64,000 nucleotides of DNA from Mytilus trossulus (Eukaryota). Shown piece after piece: positions 37,010 through 50,100 of this stretch. The stretch is from positions 23,560,001-23,624,000 of the forward strand of contig NC_086375.1 of the NCBI RefSeq assembly GCF_036588685.1, written 5' to 3'. How positions within the stretch are numbered: the first letter of the stretch is position 1; each line of letters begins with the position of its first letter. A program made the translations under genes and the position numbers. The notes beneath the pieces were generated by a model. The model was not told where the DNA came from. It did no database searches and saw only the letters and a program-made list of their open reading frames with translations.

Positions 37010-38144
37010 GAAACATGTTTGGACAAGATATATTGAAGAAGAGAAAACTTTGAAAATTTAACTTAAAATGGATACCAAAAATAAGGATTCCATGTAGTAC
37101 TACGTTTCAAGGATATGTCAGCGTACAAACTAAATGTATCCGTACGTCAAAGATAAAACTCAAAATATCCTCCGACATTTGATTGTATAGCAGTGTATAA
37201 ACTGGAAGGTCTCTGGGGAAATAGAAAAGAAAACTAGATGCATGGGACATATAACTTTCCAAAACATTACTCATAATCCATCGTTATTAAAAATATGGCT
37301 ACTATAATATTCTTTAATATCAATATATGCACTGTAAATCAAAAAAGGGTAAGAAAATATCAAAGTCAAACGAACAATTGCTAGGATGAAACCAAAACTA
37401 ACAAAGTAGCTTTATTAAAAAACCCTAAAAAAAACCACAGCTTATAGTTAGACTAAGGGATAACATCAATGTGTTCAGAGTACAAAGTCCTTCAGAAATG
37501 TAATAAAGCTCAGTTGAATCAAGTTTTAGATTACAAAATCAAGTACCATCTTTTTATGATGGACACACGGACGGACAGATGAAAGGACGGCCAGGCAGAC
37601 GGAGTGATTGACTCATAAAAAAAAACACGTCCGATGAAGGACCCCACCGGCTGAAGTCCAATTTTTCAGACATGAATAGGCCTATTTGAAACATTGAAAC
37701 ATTTTTGAAACATTTTATTTCACTAAAGGCCTCACATGAGGCATGATAGTACAACACTATAACAAACATATTTACAAATGCATGAATAAATGGGAAGGTA
37801 AATATCATTTATAAATTGACATTACAATTTTACAGAATTTGGCTAAGCCAACAAGAATAAATTTATCTTTGCTGTTCATTAAATTAGAGAAGCTCATAGT
37901 ATTTTTCATTTTACAAATATCTGCAGGCAAAAATTTCAGCCTTTCAGCATTAAAGAAAGTACAATCATATATATAATGAACATTTACGGTAATTGCAGGT
38001 GCTCGATTATTATCTCCCCTTACAAAATCTTCATTTTTGGAGGTGATTCATTGACAACAGATTTGTTGAAAAATGGAGTCGTAATTTTAAAATTTAAGTT
38101 GAATAGTTTAAATCACTGTCCTTAATTGCATTTAAAATATCATC

Positions 38145-41100
38145 ATGTCTGCAAAGCATTTGATGCCAGAAGTCAATGCTGCTGTAGAGAGACTTCTGGA
38201 GCTAGGTAAAGTCCGTCAATGAACTGCAGATGGGTACACGACAACTCGTACTTTCGGCAAGTCGCGTACTCAACCAACTCGGTACCCTACTTTTACCAAC
38301 TCGTAACCATTTTTTATTTGATATAATTTATCAAGTTTATATGCATAGTTATTGTAACTTTCTTTCGTATATCATTATATAGCAAAATACAAATAAAAAA
38401 ACAACTTTCATTGTTAATAAAATTCAATCATAATTGTTTTAAATAAGCTTATAAAATGCTAATCGTTTATTATGAGTACACAATATGTAACGGGGTGTTA
38501 TGTGGCTAACAAAACCAATCCAGTAAAAGTTGATAATTTTATTATTGGCACCAGACGTATTCAATATAATGAAATAAACGCCCTACAAAACTTAATAAAT
38601 ACAATTATCGGTCGTCCCACTGTCTGTATGACTCTGTTCAGATCTTAATATTATTCCGTATCATGTCTTTGTGACGTCAAATACGTTGACCCGGCGTTAA
38701 TAACTTTGACCCGGACATATCAGCGACGTCATAATGTTTGAACGGACGTTAATAACTTTGACCCGAAATTATCAAGTCATCTTTTGTGTGCTGGTGAAAC
38801 AAAGAAAACACTTCTGAAACACGCAAATATAGCCTGATAAATCGATAATCAGATTATCTGCATATTGATAATGTAAAATATCAACTGCTTGACAAAATAT
38901 GAAGGCTTTTTGATCTCGTTCACTACGCTCACTCGACAAAAAGCTTCATATTATGTCTCGCAGCTGATATTTTATGATATCAACATGCAGATAACCTGAT
39001 AATCGGTACTTATAATTATCTGCCAATATCTGTATTAAAATCATAAATATAACATTCAACATATATAAACGCATTTACATAACACAATGCACAATAAAAC
39101 AAAGTATTTATACATTTTTAATTCTCATATTTTCTTAATCTGTCTGAATTATCAAAAGAAAATAACTTTAACTTTACGAAAATGTTCTCGGAACTTTATC
39201 ATTAAAAATACACCAGGTCGAATACTCCCGTGAATATGATCAATAAGTACATACGATCGATATTACTGTTATCACGCAATACACATGAAAACTATTATAT
39301 ATAACTCAAAAATATACCTCCTCGTGCAATTATGATTTGCACACATGTATTAAACTAAGTAAAATATAATTATCTTAGTATTCTCGACAAAAAGGTGTCG
39401 GCAATCACTGTATGTAAACAATGAATTATTTCTTCACGCTCATGTTAAACTGTATGTATTTATTTATCGTAAAACGGTCCAAATGACAATTCTTCTTAAT
39501 TTGGAAATACTTTTCAATGTAATAGAATAAAAATAGAACATAGAAAACATTTACACATTAACATGCACATTTCACCAGAAATATGGAAAACATACGCTCA
39601 CGCTAAAATATTATGTTTTTAAAAAACATTAATATACACATACCAAAATTATGGATTTTAGGCTCACTGACCACTCATACTTGTGCGTCAAGGATGTGCA
39701 TTCACTGTAAAAATAAGAAACATGCATGCAATAAAGTGTTAGTTTAACAATAATAGCGAATCTCGCATTACTAGAACTAATTTGACAAATGCGCGCTAAA
39801 TGAACTATATCAAACCGAAAAATACAGAAACCCGACAATAGAAATTATCCTACACATACCTGATATTTTCAACTATAACAACCACATGACTTTGGACAAA
39901 TCTTCAATACAAAAGAACATCCAACCCCGTCAACTTTCAGCAGCGAACTAACTGGATAAATATCTACCCGTAAAACGAAAACAATAACCAAGCGTGCATG
40001 ACTAGCGGGAAATCTATACCCGGACTAAACTCATTTGCATAACAATGTAAAGATAATTCACATTATATAAAGAGACCAGTTTCTATACAATAAATTCTAA
40101 CACTTTAATTAAATGATTAAAACAATTTATTAAAAGATTTAACTGCTATCTTTTTATTATTTATTTTCTGACTTTTATTATTTTTATAGCAATGGTTTCA
40201 CAATAAATTATTTAGATTTTTTTAGTAACTTTTATTTCATAAAATAAAACACATATATAAAATTATATTCACAAACATCACAAGACCACTAAAAATGTCA
40301 CTATTACAAATATGCTAATCAGTGGTCATTAGTGGATAACATGTACCTACAAAAATAGAATGGATTGGTTAAAAGTAGTTTAAACAGAGAGAAGTAAATG
40401 AAAACAAAAAATTGGTATAAGTGCGGCACTATGAACATCAAAGGCCGTTGATTTATACTTAAACAATCACCATCCTCACCGAAAAGAAAATGCTGGCTGA
40501 CCCGTGTTAAGAGAGAGCCATATCTCTTGCACGTTAAAGACACCCTTGTAGATTTCGAAAAAGAGTAGGCTAATGCCGCTACAAGGCAGCACTCGCACCC
40601 GCAAAGTGGAAAGGGATTAAAATAAGTTGCAAAACTTGTTTCCCAATCCACTATAAATAAATATGTTTAAACTAAAAGAAAATGCATGGCTTAAATGTTG
40701 TAAAAACCAAGCTTAGAGAAAAAATATATAAACTATGGTGAAATGTATGATCATCTTCAATTGCAATCATGGTTCGTCCACGTTGTAATGTATGCAAGAA
40801 GACTGTTACGATTCGACAAGATGCTTTTCAATGTGACACATGTGACAACTGGCAGCATCGTCTATGTGAAACTGGTAAGTTGATTTATGTTTTATTTGTT
40901 TGTAGAAATTAAGCCCACTTACCTTAAACATTCTTTAACCATCGTAATTGTGCCGTGTATTTGCAAATAAACAAGGGCCCTTTCCTAAATGTTATCATAT
41001 CTTTTATCTTTTTAAAATTGAAGTATAATTGTAATTTTATATATATCCTTTTACATTGTATGTAGTCAAATATATAACAGAAAAAAAGTATTATGTTGTA

Positions 41101-44100
41101 TTCCACATGTTCCATGCAGACTTTCGATATATAAATTGTGTAGTTCTATTCAAGATGACACCTTACCAGATCAACTTACAGATGCTATTGATCAGCCAAC
41201 ATACTCAGTTGTAGATGGTGCTTCTCAGCGAGGAAAGCGTAAGCTGGTTGATGTAGATGGATATACTTACACAGTAAAGGTAGGTTTTATAGTAAATATT
41301 CTCTTGACCATTCTATATTGTGTAGATAATTATCTGATTTTTGATAAGCTACAAAAATATTGAGTATGTTTTAATTGTACTGATTAGTTGAAGATGATAA
41401 TATAAAAAAGAAGATATGGTATTATTGCCAATGAGACAACTATCCATAAAAGACCAAAATGACATAAACATTAACAACTATAGGTAACCGTACGGCCTTC
41501 AACAATGAGCAAAGCCCATACCACATAGTCAGCATGCCCCGATAAGACAATGTAAAACAATTCAAACTAGATAAGCATGTATATATATATATATACAGGG
41601 GCGTAGCTAGAAAGAAACGACGTGGAAGCAAGTTCTGATGTCAATTTCATCATGGAACACTTTCTCTACAATGAGGGGTTCATTAAGGTTCATCATAACA
41701 AACGGACAAATATGGCTGTATTTACATGCCAAAAATTACTCTGAGTACAGACTTACCTGTAAAGTTGGAAAAGTTTTAATGCCTAGCATCCACTAGATAT
41801 AAAAAAGTTAAATCCATTTTGTGTTTCAGAAAGATAAGATCTCTTTTGGATTTTGATGGGCATTTTTTTTCCTTCATGCAAAAGGTGTGAAAATTGACTA
41901 AGTTGTGGAACAACTATGAGATGCTCCCTCAGGTAAAAAACCGGTTTGTATTGTTTTCATTGTCCTTAATTGACCTGGACACCAGGTATCTTCACAACTA
42001 TAGGTGAGTTAAAGAGTTTATCTGAGTCAGTGAGTGGACAGTATCAAAGTAATGCAGGTGTTTGTTTATTTTTGCACCTTCTGAAGAAAGGAAAAAAAAT
42101 GCCCAGCAAAAACCAAGAAAGATTTTATCTTTCTTAAACACAAAATGCATTTAACTTTTATATATCTAGTGGATGCTAGGCATTAAAACTTTTCAAACAG
42201 CACAGGTAAGTCTGTACACAGAGTAGTTCTTGAGGTAAAAATACGGCCATATTTGTCCATTTGTTATGATGAACCTTAAGGGATGCAAATAAGCTTGATA
42301 TTTATGTTACGATTTAAAAAAACATCAATATACTAATTTAAGTTGCAGTATAAAAACAATATTTAGTCAATATCACAAAAATAAAAACTTGTTTGTAACC
42401 AACGAAGTTCGTATAATATTGTATTAAAATGGAATTCTGAGGTTTTCTATTCTATTGTCTTTGATTCAGGGAGTCAACATGGCAGCTCCTTCATTACGAA
42501 ATGTCAATTTTGGATTTGACGGTAGCTTACGAGAAAACATGTAAATTAAAAATCGGAAATATTGGGTTTGAGAATTAAACATATTTTTTCTAGCGGTTAT
42601 TAACGAAATAATTAATGCAAGTTAAAGATGTACGAGAATATTTGAGCTTGATCTAACAAGGAGTAAAAAAGAACAGCTCCACACACGGCATACCAACCCT
42701 CGCTTCAGTATTTAAATTAACTTATTTGTCCTAAGCTAACGCTCAGGATAAAATTCGAATATCACGGCCCAGGCCATGTGTAAATTTCCAACAAATCTAT
42801 GGCTTCCATGAATTATTTCTTCAATAAATCTTCTGAATAGAATAACAAATAAACAACTCATATTTTTGATAAGAATTTACTCAAAATTGTCCAAAATCTG
42901 CTCTTTGGGTCTTGGAAGAAAGAAACTTCTCTATTACTTTGTCAATATTCACACTGAAATCCCGATGAATATGCAGTAATGCTATGTAACTGTCGTTGTT
43001 CATTGTTGATCGTACATTTGTTTTCAATTACATATGTAGTACCGTGACTGAAAGATCTCCATCATGGTATGGTAGCACTCGAGAGATGTTATAAACCAGC
43101 GTACGCGTATGATGGAGATCTTTCAGTCACGGTACTACATATGTAATTGAAAACAAATCTCAATATTGTCTGAGACATACGAAACTGACCTGTCATGGCA
43201 TCGAGCGACCTTCCAAATTGAATTCGTCAAAATTACATGACAGGTCAGTTTCGTATGTCTCAGACAATATTGAGATTTGTGATATTTCCTACATTATGAT
43301 GAAGCAGATACAGCCCAAAGAAGATAATACTTGAAGTGACTCCACTTTCCTGTTCCCTTATCATATGGTCTAAAAACGCTAAAAATAATAAGACTGATTT
43401 CCAATAATGGTTTGGCCATGGTTGCAGGGGGATTGACTCCGGTAGTTTGTCGACCACTTCGCCTCTGCATATTTAAACGATATCGAAGGGATCTAATAAT
43501 TCTAATGCCGATTGGTACATCTCATTTCAAACTGATGAACTGTACACTGTGAAATATTCTCCAAAACTACATGTCTTAGACTGAATATAAATTCAAATCT
43601 TGTAAAAGTTACCTCCTGATCTTGTAATTTTTTTTTATTTTGAAACCAAATGTCGTTATTTAATGATATATTTTATTAATTAAAAAGTTGACAACATAGT
43701 TGTTTCCTTTAACATTCAATTTATAAATTTGGATTTTGCCATTTCTTTTTTGCATGCCGAATCAATGTACACGCAACTGCGTGTAAGTGTATATGGAGCC
43801 ACGATCTTTTCTGCATGACTCGAACAGCTTCATCAACACTTGTAACTATAGGTTGTCAAACTAATATCCAGGACACCAACAGTCTCCGACATTAAACAAA
43901 TATTATAATCATAATAGTCTAAGATAATACATGCATCATCACGCGTCGCTGTCCGATTCCAATTGACAACTCATTTCTCTCTCTCTCTCTCTCTTCATTT
44001 CTTTTTTTTTTTTTTTTTTTTGTGAAAATGACGTGGATGCACGTACTGTCGTGCTTCCGGGTAGCTACGCCCCTGATATATATTTGTCCTGTATGATCAG

Positions 44101-47100
44101 ATATTTGTAATGCTATTTTTACCCATCAGATAATTGTTGATGAGATTTTTATTTTTTACATATGTATGAAAATGACAATAACTAATTTTTATATATTTAA
44201 TAAAGCATTCATTATTAATTTCAAAAACAGAAAGGTGATTCAACAACCTGGTGGTGTTCAGTTCGCAACAAGACAACCAGTTGTTTTGCTACTGTCTTAC
44301 AGAAAGGTGACAACTTTACTGCTGGTCGTAAATCCCACTGTCATACTGCAAACCCTAGTACTGTTACAGCAGTCAAGATTACAGCTCAGGTATTTCTATT
44401 TTACTTTCCTTCAATCATACACAATGCTAATACAATAAATAGAATCAGATTATGAATGAGACAGTTGTCCTGAACATGAATGAAATATTTGCCACTGGAC
44501 GTTAAGCAACCACCACTCAGACTCAGACAAGACAGCTATTCTTTAGATCAACCAAAAATATGTTGATGTTCGCAAGACAAGTGTCAAAATGTATACATTT
44601 TTCATTAAAAACAGATTATAATTAACTTTCGTTTTTTTTTTACCTATTCTATTATTTTCATTAATTAGTACTTGTGTATATCATTTTTACATTATTTCTT
44701 CATATTTCAGGCTAATAAATCAGGCTCGCCAAGATGTCTTCAGGTCTGCAGGTGCTATTGTAGAGACAGCTATCCTCCAACATTCAGACCCATCCCAACC
44801 AGCAGGTAGCAGTATAGAGACGGGGATTTAACCGCAAGTCAACTTATCCGAATGTGTGGTTTGTTGAACGGTCGGTCTGCGGATTAAAAGACATTTCGTT
44901 TTCTGAATGAAAACCGCTCAATGGTTAATTATGTGATTGAACAGTATTGAACATTTATTGAACATGTAAACTTTTTGAGATGAACAGTTATATGAAATGA
45001 ATTTGATTCAGATAAATCAAATTATTTAATGTATTGTTATTCTTATCTGTTATTGATTATAGTATCTAATAAAAAATATATAAATCTTTTGCAATTTGCT
45101 TTATACATGCATATGCTTTCTGGTTTCAAAACTATTAGAAATGCATTCAATATACGAAATAAGACATATAAAAAAGAAGATCTCGTATCATTGCTTATGA
45201 GACAACTCTTCACAAGAGACCAAAATGACACAGAAATGAACAACTATAGGTAATCGTACAGTCTTCAACCATGAGCAAAACCCACCCATACCTCATAGTC
45301 AGTAAAACAATTCAAACCGAAAACGAACTGACTGCCATACTTATATAAAAAAAGAACAAAAAACAAAGTGTTAACACATCAACAAACAACGTGTTTATGG
45401 CAATATTCAGTAAAAAATCTCTCCAAATATTCTAAGGATCGAGCACACTTTGACACTTGAGGATTTTTTTTTAGATATAAATCCTATCAGTAGATAAATC
45501 AGTAGGTAAATAATAAAATATGAAGCATTATAATGTTAAAAATATTTTCTACTAACACGAAAAAACTAAGACATGTTCAACGCAATGTTCAGTAAAAAAT
45601 ATCCTTTTCATATTCTATGGATCTACCTCAGGGTAAACTGGGATACTTCAAGGAGTTAAAATATCCATATCTATGGATATAAACGTAGAAAACTTATATT
45701 ATAATGCTAAAAAAATATTGGGTACGACTGAGTAGAAGTACGAGTTGGTAGAAGTATGAGTTGGCTGAGTACGAGTTGCCGAAAGTACGAGTTGACATGT
45801 ATCCACTGCAGAACAGTGTGAAAAATATTTTAAAATCATATACAATGTATATATACATGTAAGACTGTCAAATTGATAAATCGGTCCTTTCTGAAGTTTC
45901 TGGTATGTAATAAAATGTGTGCAGTCACACATGTACAGGAAAGTGAAAGTTGTCTTCACTGGATTATTTAGCTAAAATAAGGAATGTGTAACTTGAAAAA
46001 TGTTATAACATGTACTATGTCTGATGAATACAAACAAAAACATAGCAAGAAACCCCAAATTATAAAACATAAAATAGTATGGAAATATTGAAAAGGGCAC
46101 AAGATTTTAACACATTTTGTTGGTAATATACAAATAACAGCAATGAACAGGAATGCATAGAATTACTTATATATGATAATTAAATTACTTTGCTTGACAA
46201 GAACTTTTGCAAGTTGATTTAATTGTAGACCTGAAAAATGTAATTATATTAAAACAAAACATGAAAAGTTGATAACTGATTAATTAGAAACAAATTAAAA
46301 TTCATGACTTTTTTCTCAGATGGTATGTCTGTATGTTTAAGAAAATGATGTTTAAAAAAATGACAGTATATGACTATTTGCTTTGTGTTAGATTTCTTAG
46401 CTTGTTATATTCTGTAATTTGTTGACATTAATCTTCATTAATATTTTGAATGATTTTTCTTGCAGCTGATCGCATGAAGTATGAAGAATTTGGATTTCTG
46501 GATAAAGATGTTGTCAATATAGACAAAGTGATTGATTCCATGCATGAGCTGGTATGTACATGTAAATATCATGCCATGTAAAATAATACATATTTACTAT
46601 ACCATACTAGATATACCAAACATACTCAACATGTTGACTGACCAGTATACCAAATACAAATTAGACACTTCAAAACTACTGTGAAAGTACTTTTATTTGT
46701 GGGGAACCAATTTTCGTGGCTTTTGCGGATGACAACATCCACGAATTTAAGTGTCCAACGAAATAAAACAACCATTATCCAAATAAAAGACATGGAAAGA
46801 TCCCCATGTAGGTTTGACTACTGATATGATCTAGGGAATATTTTTGAAATCTGAGATACTATAATAGTAGTTACCTGGCAACTATAAGCATAATTTTACA
46901 ATTCAAGATACTTTTACAGCATTTGTTTACATGTATGTTACTGTTTTCTGTAGATGAGATGTTTATGGCCTAATAATGGTCTGTAATCCGTTGATCACTC
47001 TATCTGGGCAAGGAATTGTTTAGATATACAATTCCTTGATCTGGGTTAATTAGTTTGTTCACAACGATTTACACAGGTCAATAAGATTGAGATTGGAAAT

Positions 47101-50100
47101 GGGGAATGTATCAAAGAGACAACAACCCGACAATAGTATAAACAACAGCAGAAGGTCACCAACAGGTCTTCAATGTAACGAGAAATTCCCGCACCAGAGG
47201 CGTCCTTCAGCTGGCCCCATAACAAATATATAATTGTTCAGTGATAATGAACCCCATACTTATTTCCAAATTGTATACAAGAAACTAAAATTAAAATAAT
47301 ACAAGACTAACAAAGACCAGAGGCTCCTGACTTGAGACGGGCGCAAAAATGTGTCAAGGTTAAACATGTTTATGAGATCTCAACCCTCCCCTATACCTCT
47401 AGCCAATGTAGAAAAGTAAACGCATAACAATAAGTACATTTAAAATTCAATTCAAGAGAAGTCCAAGTCTGATGTCAGAAAATGTAACCAAAGAAAATAA
47501 ACAAAATTTCAATTATACAAAAATAACAACAGACTACTAGCAGTTAACTGACATGCCAGCTCCAGACTTCAATTAAACTGATTGAAAGATTATGATTTCA
47601 TCATATGAATATCAGGCACAATCCTTCCCGTTAGGGGTTTAGTATCATACCATCATAACATATATGATTATATGGTATGCAATGTTTACTTTGCAATTTC
47701 CTTCAATCCAGGCAATTTGTAACCTTCATTTCTTATGGTTAACTTTTTCAATTTTAATTTTAAGAAAACTAAAATCCACAAATTTAAAAACCCATGAACA
47801 TGCAAATGTTGCTCAAACCAAGAAAATTGATACCCATGAATTAAAGTATTTCACAGTATATAAATCTAGAAAATAACACAACAAATATGTTTTGCATTTG
47901 CTGTTCCGATGAATTGTAGAATAAACCAAACCAAACCAGTCACGTGACATCACTTAGTCTTGATGAACCCTGCAATACATTATTTTTCTACTATACTACG
48001 AAACGCAGAAAAATATACTTGTAAATACTGTAGCAACATTAACATGATTAATTAAATCATCTATAAGAATTCAAAACAGTCATGAATAAGCACAAATTTA
48101 TATTTTATATTTTTTGGCTCATTGAAGCAAATTATTCAAAATTGTTTGTTCAAACCAAGGTTAGAAATACAGGTCAGTTTGCAGAATTAAGGGGAAAATA
48201 GGTAATTTGTTGTTTGTTTGCAGTAGATTGTTGAAAAGGATATTTTAAAATATGTTTTTTTTTTTATATATTTGTAGGAAAAGGAAAGAAGAGGGGCTCA
48301 TGATTTACTAGAAACAGAAACAATACACGCCAGTATTCTCAGACATAAATTACAGTTTCTACCACCATCAATTAAATCTGAGATAAAAGGTAAAATAGAC
48401 ATTGAAGATGAATTTCATGTCCAAATATACTATAGAATACTAAGAATATTGATTTAGTTCAAATTTTTGCTTTTTAAATGTAAAGAATATTTTTTTAAAG
48501 TTTCAATTTATTGCAGAAACAATAAAATAATGAAAATAAGAAGAATTCACGTTCTACAAATAAGACAATTTTTTTTAACAATTTCATGATTATTTTAGAA
48601 GGATTATGTCTAATTATTGGATTATCAAAGATATGATAGCACTAAAAGTAAGATCTTTTTTATGATTGTAGAAGCTGTGTATTCAGCCAGACAGGACAAT
48701 GCTGAGGCTTTAGACAATTTGAAAAAGAAGTTAGAATCTATAAATAACAATATAAAATATCTAGAGGAGAGACAACATGACTTAGAGGGTGATTATAGTA
48801 CCTTACTGTAAGTTTGACTTACTGGACTTATTACATAAACCATTAATGTGTTTACCAGCTTTTATTGCAAATGGTTAACTCCATTTAATTTCCATAGAGC
48901 TAGTTTAAAGTCACAAATTTTAGGATCCTTTAATCCAGACTTAACTAATCGATCAGATCGGTAATCGAACAATAATCGATCATATTTGATCAGTAATCGA
49001 TTGATGACAAGAAGTCATCGATCAGTAATCGATTAAAACTCTCTCGGGAGTGTGATTGATTAGATTACTGATCGATTTAAGATTGATTACTGATGGATTA
49101 GTGATTGATTAAAGACAGATTAGTGATTTTATTATTATTGGGAAAACAGTGCTATTCCAGAAATAAGCCACCCCCTTATGGAAGACATCAGTTGTGAAAC
49201 AAAAATTCCATGAAAATATTTTCACCATTGCCAAAAATTTCTGGAATTCCAGAATTTACTCAGTAATACATGTTTAAACAATATGCAGTTGTAACCAAGA
49301 GAAGGGTATCTAAAAGCTTAGTCCTAACATATTACTGATTAAAAACTACATTTTTGTAGGTTTACCCGTTTAATTAGTACAATAACTATGAGGTCTTGAA
49401 AGGCTATTGTATTTTTTCTTTTATGCCTTTCATTTACGGATTGCATCAAAGCAAAATTTAAAATAGCCATCCAAGATGTCATAATTATTGATATAAAAAC
49501 CTAATTATTATATGTGTGCATGTAACAAATTTGGTTGTAGAGGGGTCTAAATACAGCACAACTACATTTTCCAAAAGACCAAAAGAGTGAAAAAATAGAT
49601 TTAAACAATAACATTTGACTTGAATATAGTAGTATATATATGCTTCCATGGTTTGATAAATATTTGATGTCTTTTAAGGCAGCAACCATTTGATTTTCTA
49701 GGGGGGGGGGGCTATGGGTTTTTTTCTACAATAACTGAAAACAAACTTTTTTTTCCAAAAATAAAAAAAATGACCAACAGAAGGGGTGGTCTCTGCTGAA
49801 AGTTTCTCTATAATCAACATATCCCCCCCCCCCCCATATCCCCCCCCCCCGAAAATCAAATGGTTGCTGCCTAAGTAAATGACCTTTGTTAACACATGAA
49901 AATTAATTTTGACATATAATATCAGCTTCAGACACTTGTGATGTTAAAGATGAAAATTTAAACCAAGTTAATATATATTTAAATCTGTATTTTTCATAAA
50001 TAAGGATTAATCAACACAAATAAATTGTGCAATTTGAAACTTTAGATGAGATTTAGGTTTTGTCCAAAAACATTATTTACAAATGCCAGATTTTAGGTCA

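Larger units (their letters stand above)
29793..37030. repeat. Tandem segmental duplication, copy 2 (contains TRIM-like gene B)
   Basis: Colinear with 22374-29297; offset ~7.4-7.5 kb in the gene region. Confidence 0.9.
40769..44810 (+). pseudogene. Truncated MULE transposase gene: partial PHD finger plus FLYWCH zinc finger
   Basis: 40769-40874 MVRPRCNVCKKTVTIRQDAFQCDTCDNWQHRLCET; ~41144-41279 YSVVDGASQRGKRKLVDVDGYTYTVK; 44231-44389 KGDSTTWWCSVRNKTTSCFATVLQKGDNFTAGRKSHCH; 44711-44810 frameshifted ARQDVFRSAGAIVET. Phase mismatch after the PHD exon; no DDE domain seen. Confidence 0.75.
38232..45804 (+). mobile_element. Defective Mutator-like (MULE, FLYWCH-bearing) transposon in intron 1 of the CCDC175-like gene
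   Basis: TIRs GGGTACACGACAACTCGTACTTTCGGCAA / TTGCCGAAAGTACGAGTTGACATGTATCC with CAACTCGTAC subterminal repeats; 9-bp TSD ACTGCAGAT / ACTGCAGAA; internal PHD and FLYWCH exons. Confidence 0.85.

Noticed and set aside
43016-43280. Hairpins as miRNA precursors or terminators
   Set aside because: Perfect stems with ~40-nt loops inside a transposase remnant fit DNA rearrangement better than pre-miRNA.
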